DNA of 64,000 bases from an uncultured Christensenellaceae bacterium (GCA_944380275.1 CALWHB010000003.1:12901-76900), one strand, 5' to 3'; shown: positions 44,593 to 54,259, numbered from the stretch's first letter. The notes: generated by a model from the sequence alone, not told the origin. Made by a program: numbers and translations.

Positions 44593-45423
44593 TTATTCTT
44601 TCCCGTCCGTTTCGCCCTCTGAATTGTTTTCGCTAAGACCGGCATTTTTCGTTGCAGCCTGTGTATTGCTCTCTTTTCCGGCGTCTTCCGCCGCAATGTT
44701 CACATTATTCCCTTTTACCGTTTCAAAAGACTTGCCCTGTTCTTCAGGAAAATCCTCTCCCAACAAGTCCCCGAATATCTGTCTTGTCGACAACACGCAA
44801 AGGTGCGTCCTGTCATAATCGCATACTTCGTACAATCTGCCGTCAAATTCTTCGATATGCACTGATGCTCCGCACGCGATACACTTCGCGTTGCAAATGA
44901 GTTGATAGAGTTTTCCTTTGCTGGTTATATAAGGAGCTTTGCCGTAACTGACTTTTTTCACAGCACGAACACTCTTGTTCATCGCGCTGAAAACCCTCGC
45001 GCTGTACGACCTTTCAGCAAACGCCGCACCGAATCCGGCAAGCAGCAGCAACAGAACAAAACATATTACGGCGCGCAAAGTCCTGGACATAACTCCTTCG
45101 GTAAATCTTATCATAACCACCAGTCCCGCAAGCGCGGCAGCAGTGATAATAAGATAAAGTACGCTCAGCAAAACGCATTTTGTAAATACTTTGCGCGTTT
45201 CTCCCACTTCTTTTATTTCAAGACCCTCTGTACCCGCCGGTACGGCAAGCAGTACGTCTTGTTCCGTGAGATAAGATTTTTTTATGATTTCGGCGGTTTC
45301 ACGCTCTCTTTCACGCTTTCTTTCGCTCCATGTAGGCTTACGTTTTTTCTTCTGAGCCGCGCCGCAATACCTGCAGAACTCAGAACCTTCTTCTATTTCT
45401 TTACCGCAAACTCTGCATTTCAT
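44593..45423 (-). CDS. Zinc-ribbon membrane protein, hypothetical
   Basis: N-terminal MKCRVCGKEIEEGSEFCRYCG zinc ribbon, a basic linker, two TM helices, a second Cys cluster (CNAKCIACG...CDYDRTHLC) and an acidic tail. ATGA overlap with the upstream gene. Confidence 0.65.
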   Translation of the reverse strand: MKCRVCGKEIEEGSEFCRYCGAAQKKKRKPTWSERKRERERETAEIIKKSYLTEQDVLLAVPAGTEGLEIKEVGETRKVFTKCVLLSVLYLIITAAALAGLVVMIRFTEGVMSRTLRAVICFVLLLLLAGFGAAFAERSYSARVFSAMNKSVRAVKKVSYGKAPYITSKGKLYQLICNAKCIACGASVHIEEFDGRLYEVCDYDRTHLCVLSTRQIFGDLLGEDFPEEQGKSFETVKGNNVNIAAEDAGKESNTQAATKNAGLSENNSEGETDGKE

Positions 45424-46208
45424 TTTCCTTTCACCGCCGCTTTGTTTTTGTCGTTGTTTTTGTCAGCCCTGATTCTCTTTGAGAGAAAAATGCCTGAAAT
45501 TACTGCAGCAGCTGCGGTAACGACAAGCGCAAGCCAGGGTGCGCCTCCCGCAGTGATGACGAATTCTTTAGTGCTTTGCAGACACATTACCAAGCCTATT
45601 GCCAGCCTTGCCGCACTAAAAACCGTCATTGCCGCAGTACCGGCGAAAAATACAACATCGTCGCCTTTTTTCCTTCTGACAAGCAATACCGTCGTCATTA
45701 TCATATATCCCAGCGATACGGCAAGATAAACCGCCTCTGTTATATAAATAACGACATAAGCGTCGTCAAGAAGTTCCAGCTTACTCTGCGGATAAGACGC
45801 TATAAGCTGTTTGGCTATATCCTGCACTATAGTGCTGTCTTTGAGCAGTGGCAGATTTTTTATCGTATAATCGACCGCCCCGTCGTAACCTTCAACCGGA
45901 GCAAAAAGTACGGTGACCGCGCTTTTCCCGAATCTGAGCTGAGAGGAATCCACGTCTGCAAGCAGATTTTCTCCGTTTTCGTCCTCGTATTCTATATTAG
46001 CCTGTATGGTAAAGGAATTTATAAACAAAAACACGACAAGCAGAACCAAAGCCGCTGCCGCAACTATCGCCCAGCGATTGTCTTTTTTTTCGCTTACCGT
46101 CTTTACTGCGTCTGTTATCTGTGAGCTTTTAGCCTGAGCTTTCTTTTTTCCTCTGCTTGCCATATTCAGAACCCTTGAAATTATTTCCGCGTCATAATTT
46201 TTTGCCAC
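45420..46208 (-). CDS. Polytopic membrane protein, hypothetical
   Basis: GTG start. Basic N-terminus, TM1, a ~100 aa extracytoplasmic domain, three further TM helices and a Lys-rich tail. Confidence 0.6.
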   Translation of the reverse strand: MAKNYDAEIISRVLNMASRGKKKAQAKSSQITDAVKTVSEKKDNRWAIVAAAALVLLVVFLFINSFTIQANIEYEDENGENLLADVDSSQLRFGKSAVTVLFAPVEGYDGAVDYTIKNLPLLKDSTIVQDIAKQLIASYPQSKLELLDDAYVVIYITEAVYLAVSLGYMIMTTVLLVRRKKGDDVVFFAGTAAMTVFSAARLAIGLVMCLQSTKEFVITAGGAPWLALVVTAAAAVISGIFLSKRIRADKNNDKNKAAVKGK

Positions 46209-46328
46209 GGCAATAAATATTATAAACTATCACGTGAATATTTTCAATGATTTGCACGGATAATTTGCCGGCGATTATACAAACTAACGACAAGGCTTAT
46301 AGCCAAATCTCGACAAAAGGAGGCTGTC

Positions 46329-46574
46329 ATGATAACCGTAATAGCTTTGTTGCTGCTTATAGTCGGCGCGCTTAACTGGTTGAGCGTGGGAATCTTCGAT
46401 TTCAATTTCATCAACTGGATATTCACGTCCGAGGCTTACGTCGGCGCACGTATACTCTATGCGATAGTCGGCATCGCGGGTATCTGGACTATCGTATATC
46501 TTATATACAATAAGTTCAACCCCAAGAGAATCAACGCTATCGAAAAAGGCGCAAAAACACACGACCACGAATAA
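46329..46574 (+). CDS. DUF378 (YuzA-like) small membrane protein
   Basis: LLLIVGALNWLSVGIFDFNFINWIF...YAIVGIAGIW matches the DUF378 signature. SD AAGGAGG. Confidence 0.85.
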   Translation: MITVIALLLLIVGALNWLSVGIFDFNFINWIFTSEAYVGARILYAIVGIAGIWTIVYLIYNKFNPKRINAIEKGAKTHDHE

Positions 46575-46597
46575 AACCTATGCGTTTGATTCAATGA

Positions 46598-46631
46598 CAA
46601 AACACGGTTCCGCAATACGGAACCGTGTTTA
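46598..46631. terminator. Bidirectional rho-independent terminator
   Basis: AAACACGGTTCCG-caata-CGGAACCGTGTTT between convergent genes. Confidence 0.8.
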
Positions 46632-46664
46632 ACTATACGCCTTTAACCTACACGGGTACGAAAA

Positions 46665-47147
46665 TTATAATTGCATAACATAGACGGCGAGAACGCTTTG
46701 AGATACACACATCGCGGTACGCGCAAATCCGGAGAGCAAAGCATCTCCTCCCGAAGACTCCGCAAGCATACATATTTTCATGGATGCATCGTTGCACAGC
46801 AGAAATGTTTTCTTGAGGGCGCGCCTTACTCCCGACGAACCGAACTGTTCCGCCCCGGAAATCTTTCTGCCGCCGCCGAGTGCAGAATACAGTCCGTTCA
46901 ATGCGTCTGCCGCATATCTCAGAAGTTTCTTTTCTTCTGCAGTCGTAGCGTAATCCAGAAGAAACACACATCCCTGAGCTGCCGAAAAACAACTTTGCGC
47001 AGCACGGTGTGCGTCGTCTGTCAGATATACGGGCAAAGCCATCCTTGCGTCTGCTCTTTCTTCAGAAGTCTTTGCCTTTCCAAGCTCTTCGTTTATCTTT
47101 GCACACTCTTCGTCGCCAGTCAGTCTGTAATCGTCGTATTCTGCCAT
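46665..47147 (-). CDS. Hypothetical protein (160 aa, probably helical)
   Basis: Start moved to ATG 47147 (SD GGAGCGGAGG). No family recognised. Confidence 0.5.
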   Translation of the reverse strand: MAEYDDYRLTGDEECAKINEELGKAKTSEERADARMALPVYLTDDAHRAAQSCFSAAQGCVFLLDYATTAEEKKLLRYAADALNGLYSALGGGRKISGAEQFGSSGVRRALKKTFLLCNDASMKICMLAESSGGDALLSGFARTAMCVSQSVLAVYVMQL

Positions 47148-47287
47148 AACAACCTCCGCTCCTTGCAATAATACGCCCGTAAACACGTGAATATGCACGA
47201 TACTTTTGCTTTTGCTCTTTATAAACATATTTAAACGGCGCGCGCAAGCACTTGCATTTTTTTACCTTCTATACTATAATATTTCGT

Positions 47288-48946
47288 ATGGACAATAAGA
47301 TTTTGACGCCCTTACAGATATGGCAGGATTACGACCCGGAGGCTGCTCCTCTTCAGATTTCCTTTACAGACTTCCGCAAACAGAACGGACGCATATCTTT
47401 CAAGGCGTTTTTTAACGGCGACAACTTCGCCGACGGCGCGCCGCGTATTTTCGTAAGCGGCTCGTACCCCACTTCGGTTTCGCCAAAAATCGTAGTATAT
47501 ATCAAAGACCTTGCCGGAACGCCCCCTCCGCCTAAATTCGTTCAGGCTTTTATAGACGGCGGTTTCGGTTTTGTGTCCTTCGACTACAATGCCGACAACG
47601 CTGATGCCACTACCCGTTCACGTTATCCTGAAAGCGTCAGATACGGAGAATCCGCTTTTTGCGAATCTCATCTTTCCGTTGCAGAGCCGACAGCAAAGGA
47701 CAGTTGCCAGTATCTGTGGACTACCGTTACGCGCAGGGTAATCACCCTTGTAAAAACCCTTTCAAAAGACTGCAAAATCGTGCTTATCGGTGCGCGAGAG
47801 GGAGCGGATATGCTGTGGCAGACAGCGGCAATGGACAAACGCGTCGACGCTGCTGTTTCGATAAACAATGCGGGATGGAGAGAGTACGACGAATTATTCA
47901 GGTTTGACGAAAACGCAGAACCTATCTCTATAAACGACGAACGTGAAAGATGGTTCGCCGGCTGTGCAAGCCAGACTTATGCGCGTTATGTCGAATGCCC
48001 CTGCCTTCTCGTATGCGGTTCAAACAATCCCATTACGAGTATCGACAGAGTAGAAAATACTCTTTCTCTAATAGAAAACGACCGCGTTTACTGCACAATA
48101 TGTCCCAATACGGGTCTTTTGTTGCCTCAGTACGCGCTGTCGACGCAGGTAAACTTCGTCGGATATTTCGACAGCAAGGCTCCTATATTAAAAAATTCAC
48201 CATCTCTCGAAATGCGTATAGAAGACGACCTCCTCGTCGCCGACATTTCGGTCGACGCTCCGCTTGCAGCAAAAGAAATATCCGTACTGTATGCCTTCGA
48301 CGAACTTGACGGCACTATCAGAAACTGGAACAAGATAATTCTGCCGCAGAACGGTTGCAAACGCTGCGAAATCCCCGTTGCCGAAAGAGCGCAATGCGCT
48401 TTCGCCTTTGTAAACGTCGAATATGACGACGGCACCGTACTCTCTTCTTTTGAAGACTATTTCAAGCTGCCTCAGAACGTTAAACGCGCGCTTATACGCA
48501 AAACTCATATAATTTACGAACGCAAAAACGGCGTCGGTTGTTTTGTCGCGGACAACTCCAATCATTATCTGTCATGCACTACGCCTTTCCTAAAGGCGGG
48601 AGCTTACGATATACTCGGTATAACCTGCGACGACGCGGACATAACTACTTACAGCGTAGGCGAAGACAAATATCTGAAGACAGACGAAAGCCTTCTTCAG
48701 TTCGACGCTTTCAGCCAGACCACCACTACAGTAGAAGTCAGAGTCTGCAACAAGGAAAACGGGAAAAAAGTCTATTATACGGCAATATGTACCGTAAACG
48801 GCGACGGAGAGTGGACGAAATGTTCTCTCTCCCCCTCGTCTTTCAAGACAAAAACTCTTTCTCCTCTCAAAGGCTGGAGCAATATAAAAAGCCTGTCTTT
48901 TCATAAAATCAACGGCGTGCTTTTTAAGAATATTCTGTGGGTATAG
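47288..48946 (+). CDS. Alpha/beta-hydrolase-like N-terminal domain plus beta-rich C-terminal domain, hypothetical
   Basis: Start moved to ATG 47288. The hydrolase-like strand-turn reads KIVLIGAREGADMLW where GxSxG is expected, and LLVCGSNNPITS where the acid Asp is expected. Confidence 0.55.
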   Translation: MDNKILTPLQIWQDYDPEAAPLQISFTDFRKQNGRISFKAFFNGDNFADGAPRIFVSGSYPTSVSPKIVVYIKDLAGTPPPPKFVQAFIDGGFGFVSFDYNADNADATTRSRYPESVRYGESAFCESHLSVAEPTAKDSCQYLWTTVTRRVITLVKTLSKDCKIVLIGAREGADMLWQTAAMDKRVDAAVSINNAGWREYDELFRFDENAEPISINDERERWFAGCASQTYARYVECPCLLVCGSNNPITSIDRVENTLSLIENDRVYCTICPNTGLLLPQYALSTQVNFVGYFDSKAPILKNSPSLEMRIEDDLLVADISVDAPLAAKEISVLYAFDELDGTIRNWNKIILPQNGCKRCEIPVAERAQCAFAFVNVEYDDGTVLSSFEDYFKLPQNVKRALIRKTHIIYERKNGVGCFVADNSNHYLSCTTPFLKAGAYDILGITCDDADITTYSVGEDKYLKTDESLLQFDAFSQTTTTVEVRVCNKENGKKVYYTAICTVNGDGEWTKCSLSPSSFKTKTLSPLKGWSNIKSLSFHKINGVLFKNILWV

Positions 48947-48949
48947 CGC

Positions 48950-49135
48950 ATGCAGTACAAAGTGGGAGATAAGGTCGTTACAAAAAAACCGCACCCCTGC
49001 GGAGGCAACGTATGGACTATAACGCGTACGGGAGCCGACGTCAGAATCGTATGCGACAAATGCGGCAGAACCGTACTTGTCGACGCCCTTAAGTTTGAAA
49101 AAAGCGTAAAGAAGATAATCGGAGAAAACAATTGA
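48950..49135 (+). CDS. DUF951 family protein
   Basis: VGDKVVTKKPHPCGGNVWTITRTGADVRIVCDKCGRTVLV is the DUF951 signature. Confidence 0.85.
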   Translation: MQYKVGDKVVTKKPHPCGGNVWTITRTGADVRIVCDKCGRTVLVDALKFEKSVKKIIGENN

Positions 49136-49686
49136 ACGGATTGCCCGGCTATAACGAACTGCAAAAAGAACGCAGAGCCAATATAATCAATATTTTCCTG
49201 AGCGCGATAATCGTAATTCTCGTGCTGGTCATTGTAACTCTGCTCTTTTTCGTTACTCCCATGACGGTTTCCGGCCGCTCAATGTATCCAACTTACAACG
49301 ACGGCGACAAAATCGTGCTGGCAAAGGTCGGATACAACATTGAGCGAGGCGACGTTGTGGTCTTCAAAATCCCAGGCAACGACGCCCCTCCGATTAAACG
49401 TGTTGTCGGACTTCCGGGCGACGTAATCTATTTTGACATAGACAAGATGGACTATACCGTGAACGGACAGCCGCTCGACGACTATGCCGCAACATACGGC
49501 TACGGCTCAGAATATTTTCTGACCACACAGCGCGAAGTTTATACCGCGCTTACGACCACGGGAATAACCGTGGGCGAAAATCAACTTTTCGTACTGGGCG
49601 ACAACCGCACTCTGTCAAAAGACAGCCACGTATACGGCTGCATCGAAAGCGAGTGGGTCGTCGGAAAAGTCGTATTAAGTTACTGA
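49132..49686 (+). CDS. lepB: Signal peptidase I
   Basis: SGRSMYPTY (catalytic Ser box), IKRVVGLPGD and GDNRTLSKDSH boxes. TTG start overlaps the DUF951 stop. Confidence 0.9.
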   Translation: MNGLPGYNELQKERRANIINIFLSAIIVILVLVIVTLLFFVTPMTVSGRSMYPTYNDGDKIVLAKVGYNIERGDVVVFKIPGNDAPPIKRVVGLPGDVIYFDIDKMDYTVNGQPLDDYAATYGYGSEYFLTTQREVYTALTTTGITVGENQLFVLGDNRTLSKDSHVYGCIESEWVVGKVVLSY

Positions 49687-49712
49687 AATCAATAAACTAC
49701 AAGAGGTACTAT

Positions 49713-50000
49713 ATGAAAGCTATCGTTTCCGTTATAGGAAAGGACAAAAAAGGCATCATCGCCAAAGTTTCAGGCGCGCTCTACGATATGGACGTCAATA
49801 TCGAAGACATATCTCAGACCATACTCCAGGAATATTTTACTATGATTATGTCTGTCGAAATCTGCGAAAACGCTCCCCGTTTCGACGTTATAAAATCAAA
49901 TCTTGACGAACTGGGACAAAAAATAGGCGTCCAGATTCAGATTCAGCTCAAGAGCATCTTTGACAGTATGCACAATATCTCTTTGTCAAAATCCAACTGA
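49713..50000 (+). CDS. ACT domain protein (UPF0237 family)
   Basis: Start moved to ATG 49713. [36 protein letters not shown]... Paired with UPF0210, as is typical. Confidence 0.85.
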   Translation: MKAIVSVIGKDKKGIIAKVSGALYDMDVNIEDISQTILQEYFTMIMSVEICENAPRFDVIKSNLDELGQKIGVQIQIQLKSIFDSMHNISLSKSN

Positions 50001-50010
50001 GGAATTAGTT

Positions 50011-51360
50011 ATGTACTCCACAAGCGAAATATTAGAAACAATAAATATGGTGTCGCATCAGCACCTCGACGTCAGGACTATAACCCTGGGCGTATCTCTT
50101 TTCGACTGCATTACCGACAGCCCGAAACGCACCGCAGAAAAGATTTATGACAAACTGATGAAAAAAGCAGGCAATCTTGTCAAAACCGGCAACGATATTT
50201 CAGGCGAAATAGGCGTTCCCATCGTGAACAAGCGCATCGCGGTTACCCCGGTAAGCCTTGTTTCGGCGTCCAGCAAAGGACACATGGAAATAATAAAAAC
50301 CCTCGATAAAGTAGCAGACGAAACCGGCATCGACTTTCTGGGCGGCTACTCGGCTCTCGTCCACAAAGCGATGACTCCTTACGAAAAAGAGTTCCTGCTG
50401 AGCATCCCGGAGGCTCTTTCGACCACAAAGAAGATATGCTCTTCTGTCAACGTCGCCACTTCAAAAGCAGGCATAAACATGGACGCGGTTAAACTTATGG
50501 GTAAAATAGTGAAGGACTGCGCTTACCTGACGCGCGACAACGACAGCATTGCGTGTGCAAAACTCGTGGTATTCGCAAACGCGGTCGAAGACAATCCGTT
50601 TATGGCGGGAGCGTTCCTCGGCAGCGGCGAAGACGACGCGGTGGTAAACGTTGGCGTATCCGGTCCCGGCGTGGTCAAAGTCGCTCTCGAACAGGTTGAC
50701 GGCGACCTCACTCAGGTCGCGGAAGTGATAAAACAGACCGCTTTCAAGATAACCCGCGTAGGTCAGCTTGTTGCCCGCGAGGCGGCAAACAGACTGGGCG
50801 TAAGTTACGGCATAGTGGACCTTTCCCTTGCTCCTACCCCCGTGGTAGGCGACAGTGTCGCGCATATTCTTGAAGAAATAGGACTGGAAAGCGTGGGCGC
50901 GTGCGGTACAACCGCAACTCTCGCCCTTCTCAACGACGCAGTTAAAAAAGGCGGCATTATGGCAAGTAACCACGTGGGAGGACTTTCGGGCGCGTTTATA
51001 CCGGTATCTGAAGACGCAGGTATGATAAAAGCGGCAGAAAACGGACTTCTTTCACTCGAAAAACTTGAGGCAATGACGGCGGTATGTTCCGTGGGACTTG
51101 ACATGATAGCAATCCCCGGCGACGTTTCTCCCGAAATCATTTCTGCTCTTATTGCCGACGAAATCGCTATCGGCGTCGTCAACACTAAGACTACCGCTGT
51201 CAGAGTAATCCCCGTATACGGCAAGAAGGAAGGCGAAACCGCCACCTTCGGCGGACTGCTGGGCGAGGCACCGATAATGCCTATAAACAGGAGCGACCCG
51301 TCCAAATTCGTAAACCGCGGCGGCAGAATACCTGCACCGTTGCACAGCAATAAAAACTAA
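50011..51360 (+). CDS. UPF0210 / PFL-like (DUF711) family protein
   Basis: Start moved to ATG 50011. [24 protein letters not shown]... in a ~450 aa protein. Confidence 0.9.
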   Translation: MYSTSEILETINMVSHQHLDVRTITLGVSLFDCITDSPKRTAEKIYDKLMKKAGNLVKTGNDISGEIGVPIVNKRIAVTPVSLVSASSKGHMEIIKTLDKVADETGIDFLGGYSALVHKAMTPYEKEFLLSIPEALSTTKKICSSVNVATSKAGINMDAVKLMGKIVKDCAYLTRDNDSIACAKLVVFANAVEDNPFMAGAFLGSGEDDAVVNVGVSGPGVVKVALEQVDGDLTQVAEVIKQTAFKITRVGQLVAREAANRLGVSYGIVDLSLAPTPVVGDSVAHILEEIGLESVGACGTTATLALLNDAVKKGGIMASNHVGGLSGAFIPVSEDAGMIKAAENGLLSLEKLEAMTAVCSVGLDMIAIPGDVSPEIISALIADEIAIGVVNTKTTAVRVIPVYGKKEGETATFGGLLGEAPIMPINRSDPSKFVNRGGRIPAPLHSNKN

Positions 51361-51403
51361 ACGCTCTGCTTAGTAATGAACACCAAAAATTTTCTGCTCA
51401 ATC

Positions 51404-51431
51404 AAGGGCTGCCGAACGGCAGTCCTTTTTA
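51404..51431 (+). terminator. Rho-independent terminator
   Basis: GGGCTGCCG-aa-CGGCAGTCC-TTTTT. Confidence 0.7.
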
Positions 51432-51513
51432 TATTCACAGAATTTTTGTTTCCCCTTACTTTATCCCATCCGCACAAAACCGCGCGCTTTGCTTTTGGCT
51501 TTACAATGTACTC

Positions 51514-51539
51514 TTGTCAAAAAGCGTGGTTTTTGACAA
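51514..51539. promoter_or_regulatory. Perfect 10-bp inverted repeat upstream of rubrerythrin (operator or AU-rich hairpin)
   Basis: TTGTCAAAAA-gcgtgg-TTTTTGACAA, about 190 nt upstream of the rbr ATG. Confidence 0.3.
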
Positions 51540-51730
51540 GAGGAAACTAACGGCGCTTAAACACACGTTTTTTGTATGGACTTTCTTTATATAATGATAT
51601 AGGCGCGCAACTTATAAAGCAATTGTTAAAATCCGGATACTTATCCGCCGTTTACATACGCGTGATATTTTTTGCTTTGTGAGAATAAGACCTCCTTATT
51701 CAGGCAATACTCTACCCGACGGAGGTAATT

Positions 51731-52324
51731 ATGCAACTTAAAAACAGCGAAACTTTTAAAAATCTTGCCCGTGCTTTTGCGGGTGAGTGTATGGCAAAAG
51801 CACGTTACGATTATATCGTTTACGGCGCGAAACAGGAAGGCTACTCTGAAATGGCAAAAATCATAAAACAGGTGGCAAACCAGGAATTTCATCACTCCCG
51901 TATGTTCTACTCTTTTATCCAGACTGCAGACAAAGGCATCATTGATTCTGTCGGAATTGAGGCAGAATATCCGTTTAAAGAAAAATGGAACCTTGTCGAC
52001 AATCTGAAATTTGCGGCGGCAGACGAACTCGAAGAGGCAACGAGAATCTATCCGACTTTTGCAAAAACAGCACGCGATGAAGGTTTTGAAGATATAGCGG
52101 GACTTTTTGAAAACGTGGTACAGGTCGAAACCTGTCATAACAAACTGTTCACTGACCTTTACCAGCAGCTTTCTCAGGGCAAACTGTATTGCCGTCCTCA
52201 GCCGGTAAAGTGGAAGTGTGCCGACTGCGGCTATGAGGCAACGTCAAAAGCGGCATGGAAGGTCTGTCCTCTCTGCCAGGCAAAGCAGGGAGCCGTAATG
52301 CTGAAACTAAACGACAATAGCTGA
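51731..52324 (+). CDS. rbr: Rubrerythrin
   Basis: Diiron four-helix motifs (AGECMAKARY, NQEFHHSRMF, ADELEEA) plus a C-terminal rubredoxin-like WKCADCGY...CPLCQ. SD GGAGG. Confidence 0.9.
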   Translation: MQLKNSETFKNLARAFAGECMAKARYDYIVYGAKQEGYSEMAKIIKQVANQEFHHSRMFYSFIQTADKGIIDSVGIEAEYPFKEKWNLVDNLKFAAADELEEATRIYPTFAKTARDEGFEDIAGLFENVVQVETCHNKLFTDLYQQLSQGKLYCRPQPVKWKCADCGYEATSKAAWKVCPLCQAKQGAVMLKLNDNS

Positions 52325-52370
52325 TTTTTTTCATGCCCGTGTGCGTTAACGCACACAAATCCCCCTCACA

Positions 52371-52406
52371 ACAAAGACGGCAAATCGCCGTCTTTGTATT
52401 TTTTTG
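52371..52406 (+). terminator. Rho-independent terminator
   Basis: ACAAAGACGGC-aaat-GCCGTCTTTGT-ATTTTTTT. It is preceded by the 18-bp perfect palindrome GTGTGCGTTAACGCACAC at 52339..52356. Confidence 0.8.
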
Positions 52407-52541
52407 TATTGAATCGGACGTATTTATAAATTTGTTTTGCCTCCGCGAAAACAATGCTTTATCAGTGATATTTTTGCATTTTTGCTGTTTTTACAATTTT
52501 TTTACGCGGTTTTACAGATAATATGATATAATAATTATGTT

Positions 52542-53870
52542 ATGAAAAAGAAGTTGATTTTATCATCAATACTTATAGTGTTTACGCTTGCACTTCTTGC
52601 CGGCGTACTTTCGGGTTGCAGCAACATCACAGCACTTTTTGAAGTGAACGCTACCAACCTTGCCAACTATGCAAATTTTTCATACAGCAACGGCGACAAC
52701 AAAATCAACTTCTCGCTAAAAGCGTCGGGAGAGGCATGGGTCAAAATTTCATGGGACAGCGCAGTTGTTTTCAATGAAATTTTTCTCTATGAAAACGGCT
52801 CTAACGTAACGGGGTTTGAAATCTACGTCAACGACAAACTGGTCGCATCTCAGGACGAAATAGGCAAAATGAGAAACGTATACCTCGGCTCTACGACTGC
52901 TACTTCTATTACAGTCAAAGTTACTTCATGCTCCGGCACGTATAAACTCACCGACATAGGCATTTACAACCTGCCCAGGAACAGAGAATTTCACTCCACC
53001 GCTTTTGTAAGACTCAACGAAAACGGCGAACCTCTCGAAGGAGTTGACATTTCAAAAATCAAAAACTATACAGACTATATCCTGTATCCTCTGACAACTT
53101 TTGATTCAGAAGGCAATCTGAATATGGCAAGCTTTGGTCTGTCCGACGTCGTAAGGCAGATTCGCTCTTTCAATTACTCTGCAAAAATCCACATTGCGGT
53201 TATTCCCGAAGTAAGCGAAGAAATTTCAGAAAACGACGTGCGACACAGCGCGTTCAAGGATTATGCAGACACACTTGCCAAAAACGTTGCAGAGCTGATA
53301 AAGGATTCAGGGCTGGACGGAGCTGTTTTCGGCTTTGATTTCTCATTTGGCGAAAATCTGTTCGACTACGGGGTTTACAACGATTTTATATCCACTCTGC
53401 GCGGAAAGATAATGTCGCCCTACGAAATCGGTGTATTCATAAATCCGGACGCGATAATGTTCAATAAACAGTCCAAAAAACTGATTGACAACTTCTACGT
53501 GCTGACTCCCAACCTTGACGACAACAACGCCTGCACGTTTGCTCAGACTGTCTGCGAAACGCTTGAAACGCTCAAAAACAGCGATTTGCCTAAATCCAAA
53601 ACCTATCTGACTGTACCTTTTTACAGCTATAACAGCGAAACAGAAACCCTTTACGAATACGGGGATTACGCTGAACAACTTGGCGAATACGGCAACGTGA
53701 TTGAACTTGAAGACGGAAACAAGGTGCGTATCAACGGCTATTCCTTCGTGCGCGATATGGCAGCGTTCTGCTATGACTACGGCATTGCCGGTCTGCTCTC
53801 GGTATGTCCTCATTATGACACGACAGGCTCACTTTCCCTTGCAAACGCAATAAAAGAAACCCTGCAATAA
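52542..53870 (+). CDS. Lipoprotein with N-terminal CBM/discoidin-like domain and GH18-like TIM-barrel-like region; function uncertain
   Basis: Lipobox is LLAGVLSGC-SN. GLDGAVFGFDFSFGE sits where GH18 enzymes carry DGxDxDxE, so the motif is not intact. No SD precedes the start. Confidence 0.5.
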   Translation: MKKKLILSSILIVFTLALLAGVLSGCSNITALFEVNATNLANYANFSYSNGDNKINFSLKASGEAWVKISWDSAVVFNEIFLYENGSNVTGFEIYVNDKLVASQDEIGKMRNVYLGSTTATSITVKVTSCSGTYKLTDIGIYNLPRNREFHSTAFVRLNENGEPLEGVDISKIKNYTDYILYPLTTFDSEGNLNMASFGLSDVVRQIRSFNYSAKIHIAVIPEVSEEISENDVRHSAFKDYADTLAKNVAELIKDSGLDGAVFGFDFSFGENLFDYGVYNDFISTLRGKIMSPYEIGVFINPDAIMFNKQSKKLIDNFYVLTPNLDDNNACTFAQTVCETLETLKNSDLPKSKTYLTVPFYSYNSETETLYEYGDYAEQLGEYGNVIELEDGNKVRINGYSFVRDMAAFCYDYGIAGLLSVCPHYDTTGSLSLANAIKETLQ

Positions 53871-53903
53871 TTGTTTCAATTTATAAGCCGATTTAGTCTT
53901 ATG

Positions 53904-53931
53904 CAAACCCGACGATGTCGGGTTTTTGTTT
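53904..53931 (+). terminator. Rho-independent terminator
   Basis: AAACCCGAC-gat-GTCGGGTTTTTGTTTT. Confidence 0.8.
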
Positions 53932-54197
53932 TATTGTTTATTCTTTTCAATGTTATTTCGCACTCAAAAAGCTTTTGCTCTTATCCCTAAAGGATTTTTT
54001 ATAGATATATATTCATCTGTTGTGAACGGCTGTATAAATTTATAAATCGTAAACAAAACTACGCCGAAATATACATACTCAGAACCGCACTACCCGTTGA
54101 ACCGCATTAAATTCAAGCTGTGCTATATTGTACAATTTTGCGCGACAGAGCAAGATTGTTAAAAAATTGTTGATTCTGCGACTTTTTTCAAGCAAAT

Positions 54198-54226
54198 TTG
54201 ACAAGTCGCTTTATTTATTTTATAAT
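54198..54226 (+). promoter_or_regulatory. Consensus sigma-70 promoter of the Gx-transporter/rnf operon
   Basis: TTGACA (54198-54203), exactly 17 nt, then TATAAT (54221-54226). Both hexamers are perfect. Confidence 0.65.
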
Positions 54227-54259
54227 AAAAATATCCATAAAAAACAAAGGCAATATTAT

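Noticed and set aside
51514-51539. Calling the TTGTCAA...TTGACAA repeat a Rex box.
   Set aside because: The half-sites resemble Rex half-sites (TTGTGAA/TTCACAA) only loosely, and the spacing of 12 nt between heptamers is wrong for the 18-bp Rex operator. It is left as a generic palindrome.
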